From an uncultured Gammaproteobacteria bacterium (GTDB lineage: Bacteria > Pseudomonadota > Gammaproteobacteria > UBA9214), in assembly GCA_963773065.1 (NCBI GenBank), contig CAVYZN010000006.1, forward strand, positions 64,001-128,000: DNA of 64,000 nucleotides, in the 5' to 3' direction. How positions within the stretch are numbered: the stretch's first letter is position 1; each line of letters starts with the position of its first letter. The notes under the pieces are model-generated. The model did no database searches and had not been told where the DNA came from. It saw nothing but the letters and a program-made list of their open reading frames with translations. The translations under genes and the position numbers were made by a program. Below are positions 35,327-46,496 of the stretch, in pieces.

Positions 35327-35752
35327 TTATTCATGCAGTGCATCCATATATTCCACTATCGAAATGGCAAATGCTCGGAAATCCTGCAACCGCTTCTTGC
35401 AGATCCCGTAAACAATGGTCCAGTCGATTACTTGATAGTTATGTACCGCGATGTTGCGGAACCCCACCGCATTTTTCATGCTTACTGTCAGTTCATTCGG
35501 TATCACGCCAATTGCCGCCAGCACATCGAACACACCGGACATGGTATCTGGGACCGGCCGTTCGGATTCGGCGACCACATGGGATGCAATGTCTACGCTC
35601 AGTTGTACTGCGCGGGTGATATTCAGCGCGACGATGTCCTGCAAGTCCGGGTCTGTGAGCAATGTCTGGATGGATTCAGGGCATTTTACTTCTATTCTGC
35701 GAACACAGACGCGCAGCGACTCCAGTTTTTCTTCTATCAGACGCCGATCCAT
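35327..35752 (-). CDS. hepT: HEPN/DUF86 RNase toxin (type VII toxin-antitoxin)
   Basis: [10 protein letters not shown] (Rx4HxY); overlaps the upstream MNT gene. Confidence 0.9.
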   Translation of the reverse strand: MDRRLIEEKLESLRVCVRRIEVKCPESIQTLLTDPDLQDIVALNITRAVQLSVDIASHVVAESERPVPDTMSGVFDVLAAIGVIPNELTVSMKNAVGFRNIAVHNYQVIDWTIVYGICKKRLQDFRAFAISIVEYMDALHE

Positions 35753-36129
35753 GCTTTTCTCCGTGCCGCGATGATACGGTCCCGATAGGGCATGAAATCA
35801 GCTGCGTTGAAGAGCATCTTTTTGATCAGCTCAGCGTACAACCGGTTGTCCGTTTTATAAATTCTTTTACCCTTGGTGAGCACTTCCTGCAAAAGCAATC
35901 CGCCTGTCGACTGCAAATCCACCAAGTCTATCGGGCGCGAGCTCAACTGCGCCAGTTCCTCGATCAACGTCTGTTTCTCGCCGGCTTCGAGCGGCCGGTC
36001 GGCGGCAACCGCCAAGTCGAGGTCACTGTCGGGCTTCGCCTGTCCGCGGCTGATCGAGCCGAACAGGATGCCCAACTTGATTTGTGGGTGCCGGCTGAGT
36101 TGCTGTTCGATTTGCTGTTCAAGGTTCAT
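35737..36129 (-). CDS. mntA: Minimal nucleotidyltransferase antitoxin
   Basis: LFGSISRGQAKPDSDLDLAV (GSx10DxD) and IDLVDL. Confidence 0.9.
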   Translation of the reverse strand: MNLEQQIEQQLSRHPQIKLGILFGSISRGQAKPDSDLDLAVAADRPLEAGEKQTLIEELAQLSSRPIDLVDLQSTGGLLLQEVLTKGKRIYKTDNRLYAELIKKMLFNAADFMPYRDRIIAARRKAWIGV

Positions 36130-36143
36130 GGTAGGCAAGCACC

Positions 36144-36602
36144 TCAGGACTTGACGCGGTCATACACATCCGCAAACCGCACAAAATCATCCTCACCCAG
36201 ATACCGCCGCGCTCGATGGCGGCCTGGAAGATGGTCATGTCGCGGGGATGACATGGTCGGCGGGCATGGCGACCATGACCGCATCGGGGTCTTTCTCCAG
36301 TAGGTACAGGGCGGCGATGGTCAGAGCGGCGGCGCGGTATTGCGTCCTTCCGGCTCGAGCAGGATGGCTCCGGCCTTGTGTCCGAGGTCATGGATCTGTT
36401 CGGCGACCAGGAAACGGTGTTCTTCGTTGCAGACGAGGATCGGCGCCTGCACGTCGGGGAGTTCGGTCAGGCGCGGCACGGTTTCCTGCAGCAGCGTGCG
36501 CTCGCCGAACAGCGGCAACAGCGGTTTGGGATAGTGTTCGCGCGACATAGGCTACAACCGGCTGCCTGCTCCGCCGGTGTGGACTACAGGGTAAATCGTC
36601 AT
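36144..36602 (-). pseudogene. manC: manC pseudogene with a nonsense codon and a large internal deletion
   Basis: MTIYPVVHTGGAGSRL*PMSREHYPK...EPEGRNTAP...MPADHVI joined directly to the C-terminal YLGEDDFVRFADVYDR. Confidence 0.88.
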
Positions 36603-36802
36603 TGTTTGGTGTCCCCGGGTTACGTATTTGGTCTGGCGCCAATGCCTTCCGTCGGATGGGGCGATTATACGGTAACTCTGAGGATTTCATAGGGTTCTGT
36701 TGGCATGCCGGCAGCCTGCGAACTGCCTGCAAGCGATTGTGTCCATGAAAAAAACGGCGGCCACAACAATACTCATGGCCGCCGTGACTCGTAACTGACA
36801 AG

Positions 36803-37003
36803 TTACTGTTTTGCGGGCATTTCAGCTTGTCCGAAACTGATCAGACCCTTGTTCTTCTCCAACAGACTATCCCCGATACCCTTGACCGTGGTCAGATCCT
36901 GGGGGCTGCGGTACGGCCCGTTTTGCTCGCGATAAGCAACGATGGCCGCGGCCTTCTGAGGCCCAACGCCTTGCAGAGACTCCGATAGCTGCTCGGCTGT
37001 CAG
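36803..37003 (-). pseudogene. comEA: 5'-truncated ComEA helix-hairpin-helix protein
   Basis: TAEQLSESLQGVGPQKAAAIVAYREQNGPYRSPQDLTTVKGIG; in-frame stop just upstream and no start codon or signal peptide. Confidence 0.8.
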
Positions 37004-37400
37004 TTAAAGCTCATCAAGGAGAATATTCTGGCTGCGGAGCAGATCGCACCCTATGCGCCGCTGGAAATCAAGCGCGCCGACTTGGAGAGTGAACCGGTCT
37101 CGCGCATACTGAAGCGCCTTAAGGCAACCGGCAAACTGATACTCGAGGGGATGCGCTGGCCAATCAACAGAGCCAGTTCGATGAAACTCAATAGCTTGCA
37201 CAACGGGGGTATTATGACTGCTTATCTAGATTCAACGCACTGCCAAAGCGCTGAATCAGTGTGACGGCGCCGGTGTAGGCCGTCTTGCGGCTAAACCCGG
37301 CTTTCTTGATCAGATGCGTGGCGATAGTGTGGTAGACAATGCCAGCCGGCAACGGCAACATGAATCGCATCCTTGCAAGTTCGTCTTGAATGTCAGACTA

Positions 37401-37514
37401 GACATCATGTATTGACCTGTCCTCCTCAATTGTGGCTCTGAGCCACGGGGTGTATTGTTCCAACCTCAGCTTAATCCACGTCGCTTGAGGTCGGGCAGGT
37501 CAATACATGATGTC
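37401..37514. repeat. 114-bp MITE-like hairpin element
   Basis: Perfect 19-bp terminal inverted repeats GACATCATGTATTGACCTG / CAGGTCAATACATGATGTC; inner hairpins GTGGCTC / GAGCCAC and CCTCAGC / GCTTGAGG. Confidence 0.75.
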
Positions 37515-37681
37515 AATTGCAATGTCATGGGGTTACTGCAGCAAATAGGCCCGACGGAGATGGATCGATATTGATTCACGAAGTACACTATATATCATTA
37601 TCTTTTCACGATGTTACAACATCTGCATACTCACCCGTCCCCGCCTTGACTGACTCCAAGCTTTTACCGTCACGCTTTTCC

Positions 37682-38208
37682 ATGAAAATTTTCGGTCGTT
37701 GGCCTCAACCAGACCGGCACAACGATACTTGGCGCCTGTCTCCGCCATTGGGGCTTCAGGCACATTTCGTTCTATGAAAGCACCTATGCCATGTGGGAAA
37801 AGGCGGATACAGAAGACGCTGCTCGCACGGGCTTCCCGATTTCAACGTTTCGAAGACTGGCTATGCGCATTGTGCTACCGCGAACTTGATGAGGTATTCC
37901 CGGGTTCCAGGTACTTACTCACTCGCACGCGTTCTTCTCCAGATTCCTGGTTTCAAATCCTGTGCGCGCATGGTGGCCGCACCGGGCCCACCCGCTTATG
38001 TGAAGTTGTCTATGGCCATACGATGCCCCACCGTTACCGGGATGAGCAGATCCAGTTTTACGAGAGCCATCTGCAAGAGGTCCGACACTACTTTCGCAAC
38101 CATCTACATGACCTTCTGGATGTTTGCCGGGAAGAGGAGGATGACTGGAAGGCGCTTGCGAACTTCCTTGGCACCGCGGTACCCGCCACTCCCTTTCCTC
38201 ATGCGTAA
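37682..38208 (+). CDS. Sulfotransferase-fold protein 5 (Sulfotransfer_4-like); frameshifted or degenerate
   Basis: Reconstructed MKIFG.GLNQTGTTILGACLRHWGF...FEDW...YRELDEVFPGSRYLLT...W..LANFLG..VP.TPFPHA. Confidence 0.7.
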
Positions 38209-39325
38209 CAACAATCCCTCTGGTAACAGGGAAAGATACCTCGTCACGGGGTGTACCGGCTTCATCGGCCGTCATATCGTTCGCGCATTGCAGGAGAACG
38301 GGAGCGAGATCCGGGGACTTAGCCGACAACCGCCGCTTGATCCTGAAAACCCTTCAATAGACCTGTTCCAGGGTGATCTGTCCCGACCCGATACCTTGCA
38401 AGGCGCCGCGGAAAATATCGATATCATCATCCACGCGGCAGGTCATGCCCATGCCGCCGCCACCGGCCCGTCCGGGATACACAATCAAGTTACGCTGGAG
38501 GGCACCCGCCACCTGCTGGCCGAGGCCGAGAAGCGCGGCGTACAGCGCTTCATCTTCATCAGCAGCGTCAAGGCCATGCCCGAACCCGGGACAGGCTGTC
38601 TGGACGAGACGGCAACGGGCCTGCCGGAAGACGAATACGGGCTGTCACGACGCCGGGCCGAGGAACTGGTCCTGGAGGCGGGACGTCGCACCGGCATGCA
38701 CGTCAGCATCCTGCGGCCGGCCCTGGTCTATGGCCCGGGATGCAAGGGCAACCTGGCCAGCATGCTGCGCTGGATCGACAGGGGCCTGTTCCCGCCGGTC
38801 CCCGATACCGGCAATCGCCGGTCGATGGTGGATGTCCGCGACCTGGTGCGGGCGGTCATGCTTGCCGCCGAAAAAGAGGCCGCCGCGGGCAAGACATACC
38901 TCATCACCGACGGGGAGGACTATACCACGAGGCGGATTTACACCGCGATGTGCACGGCGCTGGGTAAATCCGTGCCAAAATGGTCAGTGCCTGTTCCCGC
39001 GCTGAGGGCCATGGGCAGGGTCGGGGACGCTTTTGAGGCGGTGCTGGGCCGCCCGGCGCCCTATAACAGCATGACATGTTCAAGATTGCTCGATTCAGCC
39101 TGCTACCGGTCCGTGCATGCCGCATCAAGCCTCGGGTTTCATCCTGTATATAAACTGGAGGATGCGTTGCCCGCTATGGTGGAAGCCTACCGTCAGCAGG
39201 CGACCCGTCAAAGCATAAATCGAGATGCTGCCCGCGATCATCCTAACTTTTGTCGTTGCCGCCCTGCTCGCCTGGTTACTGACCCGGGCCCGTGGTCACT
39301 GGCGGGTACTCGATATACCGAATGA
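38201..39325 (+). CDS. NAD-dependent epimerase/dehydratase (UDP-sugar 4-reductase/epimerase-like); true end probably near 39220
   Basis: VTGCTGFIG, HAAGHAH, ISSVKA and RPALVYGPG.KGN. Confidence 0.88.
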   Translation: MRNNNPSGNRERYLVTGCTGFIGRHIVRALQENGSEIRGLSRQPPLDPENPSIDLFQGDLSRPDTLQGAAENIDIIIHAAGHAHAAATGPSGIHNQVTLEGTRHLLAEAEKRGVQRFIFISSVKAMPEPGTGCLDETATGLPEDEYGLSRRRAEELVLEAGRRTGMHVSILRPALVYGPGCKGNLASMLRWIDRGLFPPVPDTGNRRSMVDVRDLVRAVMLAAEKEAAAGKTYLITDGEDYTTRRIYTAMCTALGKSVPKWSVPVPALRAMGRVGDAFEAVLGRPAPYNSMTCSRLLDSACYRSVHAASSLGFHPVYKLEDALPAMVEAYRQQATRQSINRDAARDHPNFCRCRPARLVTDPGPWSLAGTRYTE

Positions 39326-40229
39326 GCGTTCCCTGCATACGCAGCCGACACCTCGCACCGGCGGTGTTGCGATACTGGCGGGTGCGGGTGCCGGCATGGT
39401 TATGGCCTGGCATCAGGGCTACACCATAGTGGATGCCGCAATGCTGACGGCTATACTGACGCTGGCGCTGGTTGCACTGGTCGATGACCGTCACGACCTG
39501 GGTGCCGGTGTGCGACTGCTCGTGCAAGCCGCTGTTGTTGCAGTGCTGTTGTATTTTAACCGGCAGCCCGACATGCCTGTCATGCTGTTGCCCTTCGCCC
39601 TGCTGTTCCTGGTCTGGATGATCAATCTGTACAATTTCATGGACGGCATGGACGGTTTTGCAGCCGGGATGGCCGGCATCGGTTTTGGGACTTACGCCTT
39701 GCTGGCCTGGCAGGCAGGTCACATGGAGTTGGCGCTGGGCTGTGCCGTAATCGCGGCCGCTGCCGTCTGGTTTCCTGCTGTTGAATTTCCCGCCTGCCAG
39801 GCTGTTTATGGGGGACAGCGGCTCAACCGTGTTCGGCCTGCTGGCCGGAATCGTCATCCTGCAGGCGCATGTTGAGGGTATTCTGCCTCTCTGGCTGGGC
39901 ATCCTGGTGTTTTCCCCCTTTATCGTGGATGCCAGCATTACCCTGACTGCCCGTGTACTCCGTGGCGAGCGTTTCTGGAGCCTCATAAAACTCACTATTA
40001 TCAGAGGGTTGTGCAGCTCGGCTGGGGACACAGGCGGACCACGCTGGCAGAATACGGCCTGATGATGGCGTGCAGCGGCACCGCCATTGCCGCCGCCGGC
40101 ATGACAATTCATGCCCAAGGATTCATAATCGCCGCCTGGTCAGTAATATACGCCGTTCTGATGCGCCTGATCCGCGGTGCCGAACGTCGCAAGGAACGCA
40201 AGCATGAGACTTTACGGCCGGCTCCGTAG
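39225..40229 (+). CDS. Undecaprenyl-phosphate sugar-1-phosphate transferase (MraY/WecA/WbpL family); frameshifted
   Basis: PNERSLH..PTPRTGG, DD motif, NLYNFMDGMDG and NFPPARLFMGDSGS. Confidence 0.9.
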
Positions 40230-42085
40230 CCCCTTAGTTGCCTTCATCCATGACCTGTTCATGGTCCCGACTGCGTGGTTCGCCGCTTACTGGCTGCGAT
40301 TCAATTTCTCTGTGATCCCGGCTGAGTATCTTACCGAGGCATGGCTCTGGCTGCCGCTACTTGTGATGACACAGGCCGGCGCGTTTGTATATTTCGGGCT
40401 CTACCGTGGCGACTGGCGGTTTGCCTCCATGCCGGACCTGGTGCGTATCATCAAGGCCGTCTCGGTGGGGACGCTCATCTGCCTGGCGGTCATTTTCCTG
40501 CTGACACGACTGAGCGCCATCCCCAGAGCGGTATTTCCCGCTTACTGGTTGCTCTTGATCGTGGCCCTGGGGACCCCGCGGTTTTTCTATCGCTGGTTCA
40601 AGGACCGGAAGTTCTATCTCGGAAGCGGGAAACGCGTACTCATCGTCGGTGCCGGCCGCGCCGGGGAAATGCTGGCCCGGGATCTGCTGCGTGACCCGGA
40701 ACGCAACCTGGAACCCATCGGCTTTGTCGATGACAAGAGACGCAAACTGGGAGCCGAGATCCACGGCATCCGGGTGCTTGGCAACTGCGCGCAGATACCC
40801 GAACTGATAGAGAAGCTGGAAATTGACCTCATCCTGATTGCCATACCCTCCGCACGCTCCCGGCAGTTGCGGCGCATAGTGGAATATTGCGAGGCTTCTA
40901 ACACCCCGTTTCGGGCTATCCCGTGCATGCAGGACCTGGTGGCCGGCCGCGTTAGCATCGATACCTTGCGGGAATTATCGATTGAAGACCTGCTGGGCAG
41001 GGACGCGGTCACACTTGACCAGCGGGCAATCAGCGCCGAACTCTCTGGGAAGATGTGTACTGATCAGTGGCGCCGGCGGATCAATCGGTACTGAATTATG
41101 CCGTCAGGTGGCCCGGCTGGTCCCGGCAAGACTGCTGTTGCTGGAAAACTGCGAATTCAATTTGTTTCGCATCGAAAATGAACTGCGGCAGTCGTTCCCC
41201 CATCTGGATATCCAGGCAAAGCTCTGCGATGTGGCGGATACGGCCGCGGTCGAAACGCTGTTCGAGCGCTACCACCCGGATATTGTCTATCACGCCGCCG
41301 CCTACAAACATGTACCGATGCTGGAATCCCAGGTACGCGAGGCCATCCAGAATAATGTCTGCGGCACCCGGGTCATGGCACTTGCCGCAGACCGTAACGG
41401 TTGTGATGCCTTTGTGCTGATATCGACAGACAAGGCAGTCAATCCCGCCAACATCATGGGGGCCAGCAAGCGGATCGCGGAAATCTTCTGCCAGAATTTC
41501 AACCAGCATTCATCAACGCGATTTATCACTGTCCGTTTCGGCAATGTACTCGGCTCGGATGGCAGCGTCGTTCCCCTCTTCAAGGCGCAGATCGAAGCCG
41601 GTGGCCCGGTGACCGTGACCCACCCGGAAATGACCCGCTATTTCATGACTATCCCCGAGGCCTGCCAGTTGATACTGCAGGCCGAGTCCATGGGCAGCGG
41701 CGGTGAGATTTACGTGCTGGATATGGGCGAGCCGGTCAGTATCACCTATCTGGCAGAGCAGATGATCCGATTGTCCGGTAATGAGCCTGGCAAGGATATC
41801 GAAATCGTGTACACCGGTCTGCGGCCGGGTGAAAAACTCTTTGAAGAACTTTTTCATGAAAAGGAACGACTGGTCGGCACGCAGCACGAGAAGATTTTCC
41901 TCGCCAAACATCGAAAGATTGAGTGGGAACTACTCGACGAGACCATCAGGAATATGGACGCGGCCTGTAAGTCCTATGACGAAGAGGCCCTGTTAAAAGG
42001 CATCGCTATCCTGGTGCCTGAACTGCATCATATCGACAGGGAGTTGCCCGACAATGTGATTCAATTGGCCAGCCAGCGGAATTAG
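40204..42085 (+). CDS. Nucleoside-diphosphate sugar 4,6-dehydratase (CapD/WbpM/PglF family); frameshift near 41050
   Basis: TM N-terminus, IVGAGRAG, IEDLLGR, GAGGSIG.EL, HAAAYKHVP, STDKAVNP, RFGNVLGS.GSV and GLRPGEKL.EEL. Confidence 0.93.
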
Positions 42086-42094
42086 GCGGACAGA

Positions 42095-42255
42095 ATGCCA
42101 GCCATGCAGATTGGCCTGATTGCCCGCCTGGCCGGGGCGATGTACGACCAGCGATACCTGTCGTACATCGATCACCCCCTGACCGACCCGTTCAGTCAGC
42201 GGATCTTCCAGACCGCCTGCGGCTACAATGACGCCAATGGCTTGCGCCGCGGCCC
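42095..42255 (+). mobile_element. IS1380-family transposase relic
   Basis: QIGLIARLA...D.R....IDHPL.D...QRIFQTACGY.DAN..RR matches the N-terminal IS1380 transposase pattern. Confidence 0.6.
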
Positions 42256-42350
42256 ATTGCCGAGTGTGGCGGTGACAACTGGCCGCGTTATGATCCGGGC
42301 ATGTCTTCCGGCGTATAAGCAGAGACCGCTCGATTGGTGGTCAGACCGGT

Positions 42351-44324
42351 TCAGGTCTTGTTTGTTGATTTGCCGTTGTTCCTCCACCATGCCTGAAACA
42401 TCAGCAGCGACCACAGGACCATTGAATGGTTTCGCCAGTTGCATAGATGCTGGGCCCATATTTTCCTGACCGTTCACATTGAATATTCCCTGTTCTGCCA
42501 GCGTTCGTTCGGAAATCAGGTCTTCACTCCATTCTCGCAATGGGCCGCGGAGCCATGAATCAAGCGGTACGCCAAAGCCGCGTTTTGGTCGATCGATGAG
42601 TTCGAGTGGTACATGCTTTAGGAGCAAGTCCTTGAGGATTCTTTTCCCGGTGCCGTCCTGGCGATCAGAAATTCAATTGGCAGACTCCACGCGAACTCGA
42701 GTATGCGCCGGTCAAGCAGAGGGCTGCGTGCCTCGAGACTAACTGCCATGCTTGCTCGGTCCAGCTTGACGAGGATATCGTCCGGCAGATAGCCAATATA
42801 GTCAAAATGCAGCATGGCACGTACAGGATCGTCGACCCTCGCCCAGTTTGAGGGGTTTGTAAGGGCGGTATCAGGTGTGTGTGCGCCATATACAAATTCA
42901 TCGCTAGCAGGCAGTGATTAAAGATATTCGCCAATATGTGCTGCGGGAACCTTGCGGCTCCAGTCGCACGCGTACTGGTATCGTTTGCCGATCTTGCGTC
43001 GCCATTTCTTTGCGTCGGCTACCGAAAACGGGTTTCGCGGAGCCAGAAGTCTCCATGCTGTATTGCCGATCAGTCTCTGCAGACTGCCATTCGCTGTGCG
43101 TAGTGACAGGGGGATGCTCGTGCAGGCGCTGCCAGCGTGCGCGGCATCTCTGATAGCGCTTGTAGCCTGCGAATGTTTCGTCACCGCCATCACCCGAGAG
43201 TACGACCTTGACATCCCAGTGAGCCAATTTGCATACAAGATAGGTAGGGACCTGTGATGGGTCAGAAAACGGCTCGTCGTAAATCGTGGGCAGGTCTTCA
43301 ACGACATCCAGTGCTTGCTTTGGAGTAACATAAAGCTCATGGTGCTCCGTGCCCAGGTGTTCTGCGACACGCGCGGCATATCCGGCTTCGTTATATTCCG
43401 GTTCCGAGAAACCGATGCTGAAGGTTTTGACAGGCCTGGTGGACAGAGACTGCATCAGAGCGACTACCATGCTCGAGTCAATCCCGCCGGATAGTAAGGC
43501 GCCGATTCCACATCGGCAACCATACGGTCGGCGACAGCCTCTCGCAGCAGAATTTCCAGGTGATCCTGGCCTTGCTTGTACGATCCAGTGAATTGCGCAT
43601 GTTCGCCTGCTTCGGCTACTTCTTTGGCGGACCAGAAAGCGCAGGGCTTTCTTGACCAGGGCGTTGTATCAGTGGTTACTGCAGAAAACAACCTGGCGGC
43701 ATTTGGCGGAGATGTCTGTATACAGTGCCGGGGTTCGCAAACCAGCCATACTGAATATATTGTCCAACTTCGTCCATGATCGATGCTCGGATTGAAGCGG
43801 GGATGTAGTACGAGTGCCTTGGGTTCTGAACCAAACAAAAAAGTGTGGCCGAACCAGCCATAGTAAAGTGGCTTCTTGCCGACCCTGTCTCTGGCAAGTG
43901 TTAGTCGTGCTGACTGCCTGTCCCAGACAGCGAAGGCGAACATGCCTTCAAATCTCTGAATTGCGCGTTCAATACCCCATTGCTCGAATGCGGCAAGCAT
44001 GACTTCTGTATCCGAATGCCCCTTGAAGGGATAACCGTAGTTTTCCAGGTCGATACGAATCGTGGCAAAGTTGTAAATTTCACCATTGAATGAAAGTACA
44101 AACCGGCCTGATGAGGAGGTCATTGGCTGGGCGCCTGTTATGGACAGGTCGATGATCGATAAGCGTCGATGTCCCAGCGCAATGCCGTGTTTTATGTCAA
44201 CCCAGACACCGCTTGCATCGGGGCCGCGATGCGACAACGCGTCGGTCATGCGTGTGCACAAGCGAGCCGAACCCTCTTCGTTCAGGTGATTTCTAGGGTC
44301 CAGATAACCAACAAGTCCGCACAT
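42351..44324 (-). CDS. asnB: Asparagine synthase-like glutamine amidotransferase; multiple frameshifts
   Basis: [55 protein letters not shown] and RPKRGFGVP. Confidence 0.92.
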
Positions 44325-44476
44325 CTTGGCAGATTCTATGCTGTATGTTATTGCATGGATGAAAAATTACGCGGATCTAGGTGAAATTGCCAATAAACAG
44401 ATATTTGAGTAGGGATGATGTATGAGTTCCCGGGATTGCGTATGCAATTGATATGTTGAATGGAGATATGACAGAA

Positions 44477-46198
44477 CTACCGATCACGAGTGATCAATTT
44501 TGGTAAAGCCCTCATTTCTTCAATCAGGCCGTCCTTAATAGTGTATACCTTGTCAGCGATATCCATCAGGGCAGGTCGGTGGGTGATGGCGAATATGGTG
44601 ATGTCATGGGACAGATTGCGGATATTCTCGCATATCTCTTTCTCGGTCCTGGTATCGAGAGCGCTGGTTACCTCGTCGAGTATCAGCAACCTTGGCTTGA
44701 GCACAAGTGCGCGGGCGATGGCGATGCGCTGGCGCTGTCCGCCAGAGAGCTTGGCACCCTGCTGTCCGGCGATACTCATGATACCCTCCGGCATGGCGTT
44801 GATGAAATCCCATGCGCCTGCCGTTTCCAGCGCCTGGCGCACGTCGTCGTCGCTGATGCTGGCATCGCCGAGCGTGAGGTTGGCATGAAGGGTGTCATGG
44901 AACAGAACCAGTTCCTGCGGGACATAGCCGATGAGGCGTCGCCAGCTTCCGAGGTCGATCTCATGCAGGGGCCTGCCGTCGACGAGTACGCTGCCTGAAC
45001 TGGGCGCGTGCAGTCCCAGTATGATGTCGGCGATTGTGGTCTTGCCGGATCCAGAGGGGCCGGTCAGTACGGTGATGCTGCGCGCGGGTATTTCCATCGT
45101 GACCGAATGCAGCACTTCCTTGCTGTCGTAACTGAATTGCACGTCGCGCAGTCGGCATCCCGTTTCCAGGCTCGCAGCCGCCTTGCCGGGGTTTTTCTCG
45201 GGCATGTCTGCCGTTTCGCTGATAAGTTCCCTGACCTCGAGGTATGGCTGCTCCAGGCTAATCGCGTCCTGGTAGCTGCGCTGTAACTTGGTGACGTTGT
45301 TTGTGGTTTTTTTCAGCAGCACGCCGACGACGGCCAGGTCGATGACGGGAACATGCCACACGACGATGGCAAGATAAAACCCGATGCCAAGGATAAGCGT
45401 GACCAATATCTCCTGGCTGTTTTTCAGCCCCTCCTTGCTGATGATGTTCCGCCGCATGGCCTTCTTGAGGGAATTGGCCTTGCGTTCAAGCAGGTGGCTG
45501 AAGGTGGTCTGGCGGGTCATCGCCCTGAGCGGCTTGATGTTGATCAGGGTGTCCGTCAGAAAGATGGACAACTCACGGCCATACTTGTTTAGCCGCATGC
45601 CCGCCTTGCGGGCAACACGCACCAGCACGTGCAGACTGCCGACGACGAAGATGCCGATGGCAACTGCTGCCAGCGCAAGCGGCCACGAAACGGTCAATGC
45701 CACTATCATGTAGACCAGCGACTGGATAGCTCCGGCGATCATGGAGGCTACAAGCCGGTAGGCCTGGCTGGTCGACTCCGCCTGTCCACCGACAGCGACG
45801 GTGATCTTGCCGATCGGGTTGTGGACAAAGTAGCTCCACTGGACATTGAATATGTTTTTTATGATTTGCAGGCGCAGTCTTGTCGAAAATTCGGCGACGG
45901 CGCTGCCCACGTAGGCCATGGCAAGAAAGTTAAGCAGGGATACAAGTATCATCGTGGCAATGAAGAAAGCCAGCAGGATGCCTATGCTCATGGGCAAGCC
46001 GAGTGCATCCATAAGATCCTGGGTATATTTCATTATCGGCGATGCCTTGCCACCCTCCATCCCGGTAGCGAGAGTCAGCAACGGCACCACGCTGGTAATG
46101 CCGATTCCTTCCACAGCGCTGGCAACCAGCAGGCATGCGATGACCGCCCACGAGGTCGAGCGCTTGGCATCGAAAAACAATTTAAAGAGGGTTTGCAA
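44477..46198 (-). CDS. MsbA-like ABC exporter (fused TMD and NBD), paralogue of the gene at 14131
   Basis: Intact 573-aa ORF; [23 protein letters not shown] and LDEVTSALD. Confidence 0.93.
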   Translation of the reverse strand: MQTLFKLFFDAKRSTSWAVIACLLVASAVEGIGITSVVPLLTLATGMEGGKASPIMKYTQDLMDALGLPMSIGILLAFFIATMILVSLLNFLAMAYVGSAVAEFSTRLRLQIIKNIFNVQWSYFVHNPIGKITVAVGGQAESTSQAYRLVASMIAGAIQSLVYMIVALTVSWPLALAAVAIGIFVVGSLHVLVRVARKAGMRLNKYGRELSIFLTDTLINIKPLRAMTRQTTFSHLLERKANSLKKAMRRNIISKEGLKNSQEILVTLILGIGFYLAIVVWHVPVIDLAVVGVLLKKTTNNVTKLQRSYQDAISLEQPYLEVRELISETADMPEKNPGKAAASLETGCRLRDVQFSYDSKEVLHSVTMEIPARSITVLTGPSGSGKTTIADIILGLHAPSSGSVLVDGRPLHEIDLGSWRRLIGYVPQELVLFHDTLHANLTLGDASISDDDVRQALETAGAWDFINAMPEGIMSIAGQQGAKLSGGQRQRIAIARALVLKPRLLILDEVTSALDTRTEKEICENIRNLSHDITIFAITHRPALMDIADKVYTIKDGLIEEMRALPKLITRDR

Positions 46199-46464
46199 AG
46201 TCTTAAAGCTTTTCTCTGGGTTTAAAGCAACATGAATGGGAGATTATATGCGTGCCATCTAATTCAGAGCTAACCACAAGTCACGGTAGTTACAAAAAAC
46301 TGCACCCTATCGGAAATGACCCCGAAACTACCGTGCCTACAGTCTGTCGCGGCCATGTTGATGAATTTCGCCAATGATGAGATCCAGCATACAAGGTGGT
46401 CGCTTTCCACAATGACCGTTGTAGCCAGGAAGGGATCTTTGCAAGTCTGAAATACCAGAATCAG

Positions 46465-46496
46465 CTAGAATATGTGTCCCCTAGAATATGTGTCCC
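46465..46496. repeat. 16-bp tandem duplication
   Basis: CTAGAATATGTGTCCC x2. Confidence 0.8.

Noticed and set aside
37004-37200. Fragment resembling a winged-helix C-terminus (VSRILKRLKATGKL)
   Set aside because: Too short and unspecific to assign.
42351-46198. Lasso peptide cluster (AsnB-like cyclase + ABC exporter)
   Set aside because: The AsnB has an intact N-terminal Cys glutaminase domain, and no B protein, RRE or precursor is visible. Glycan amidation is more likely.
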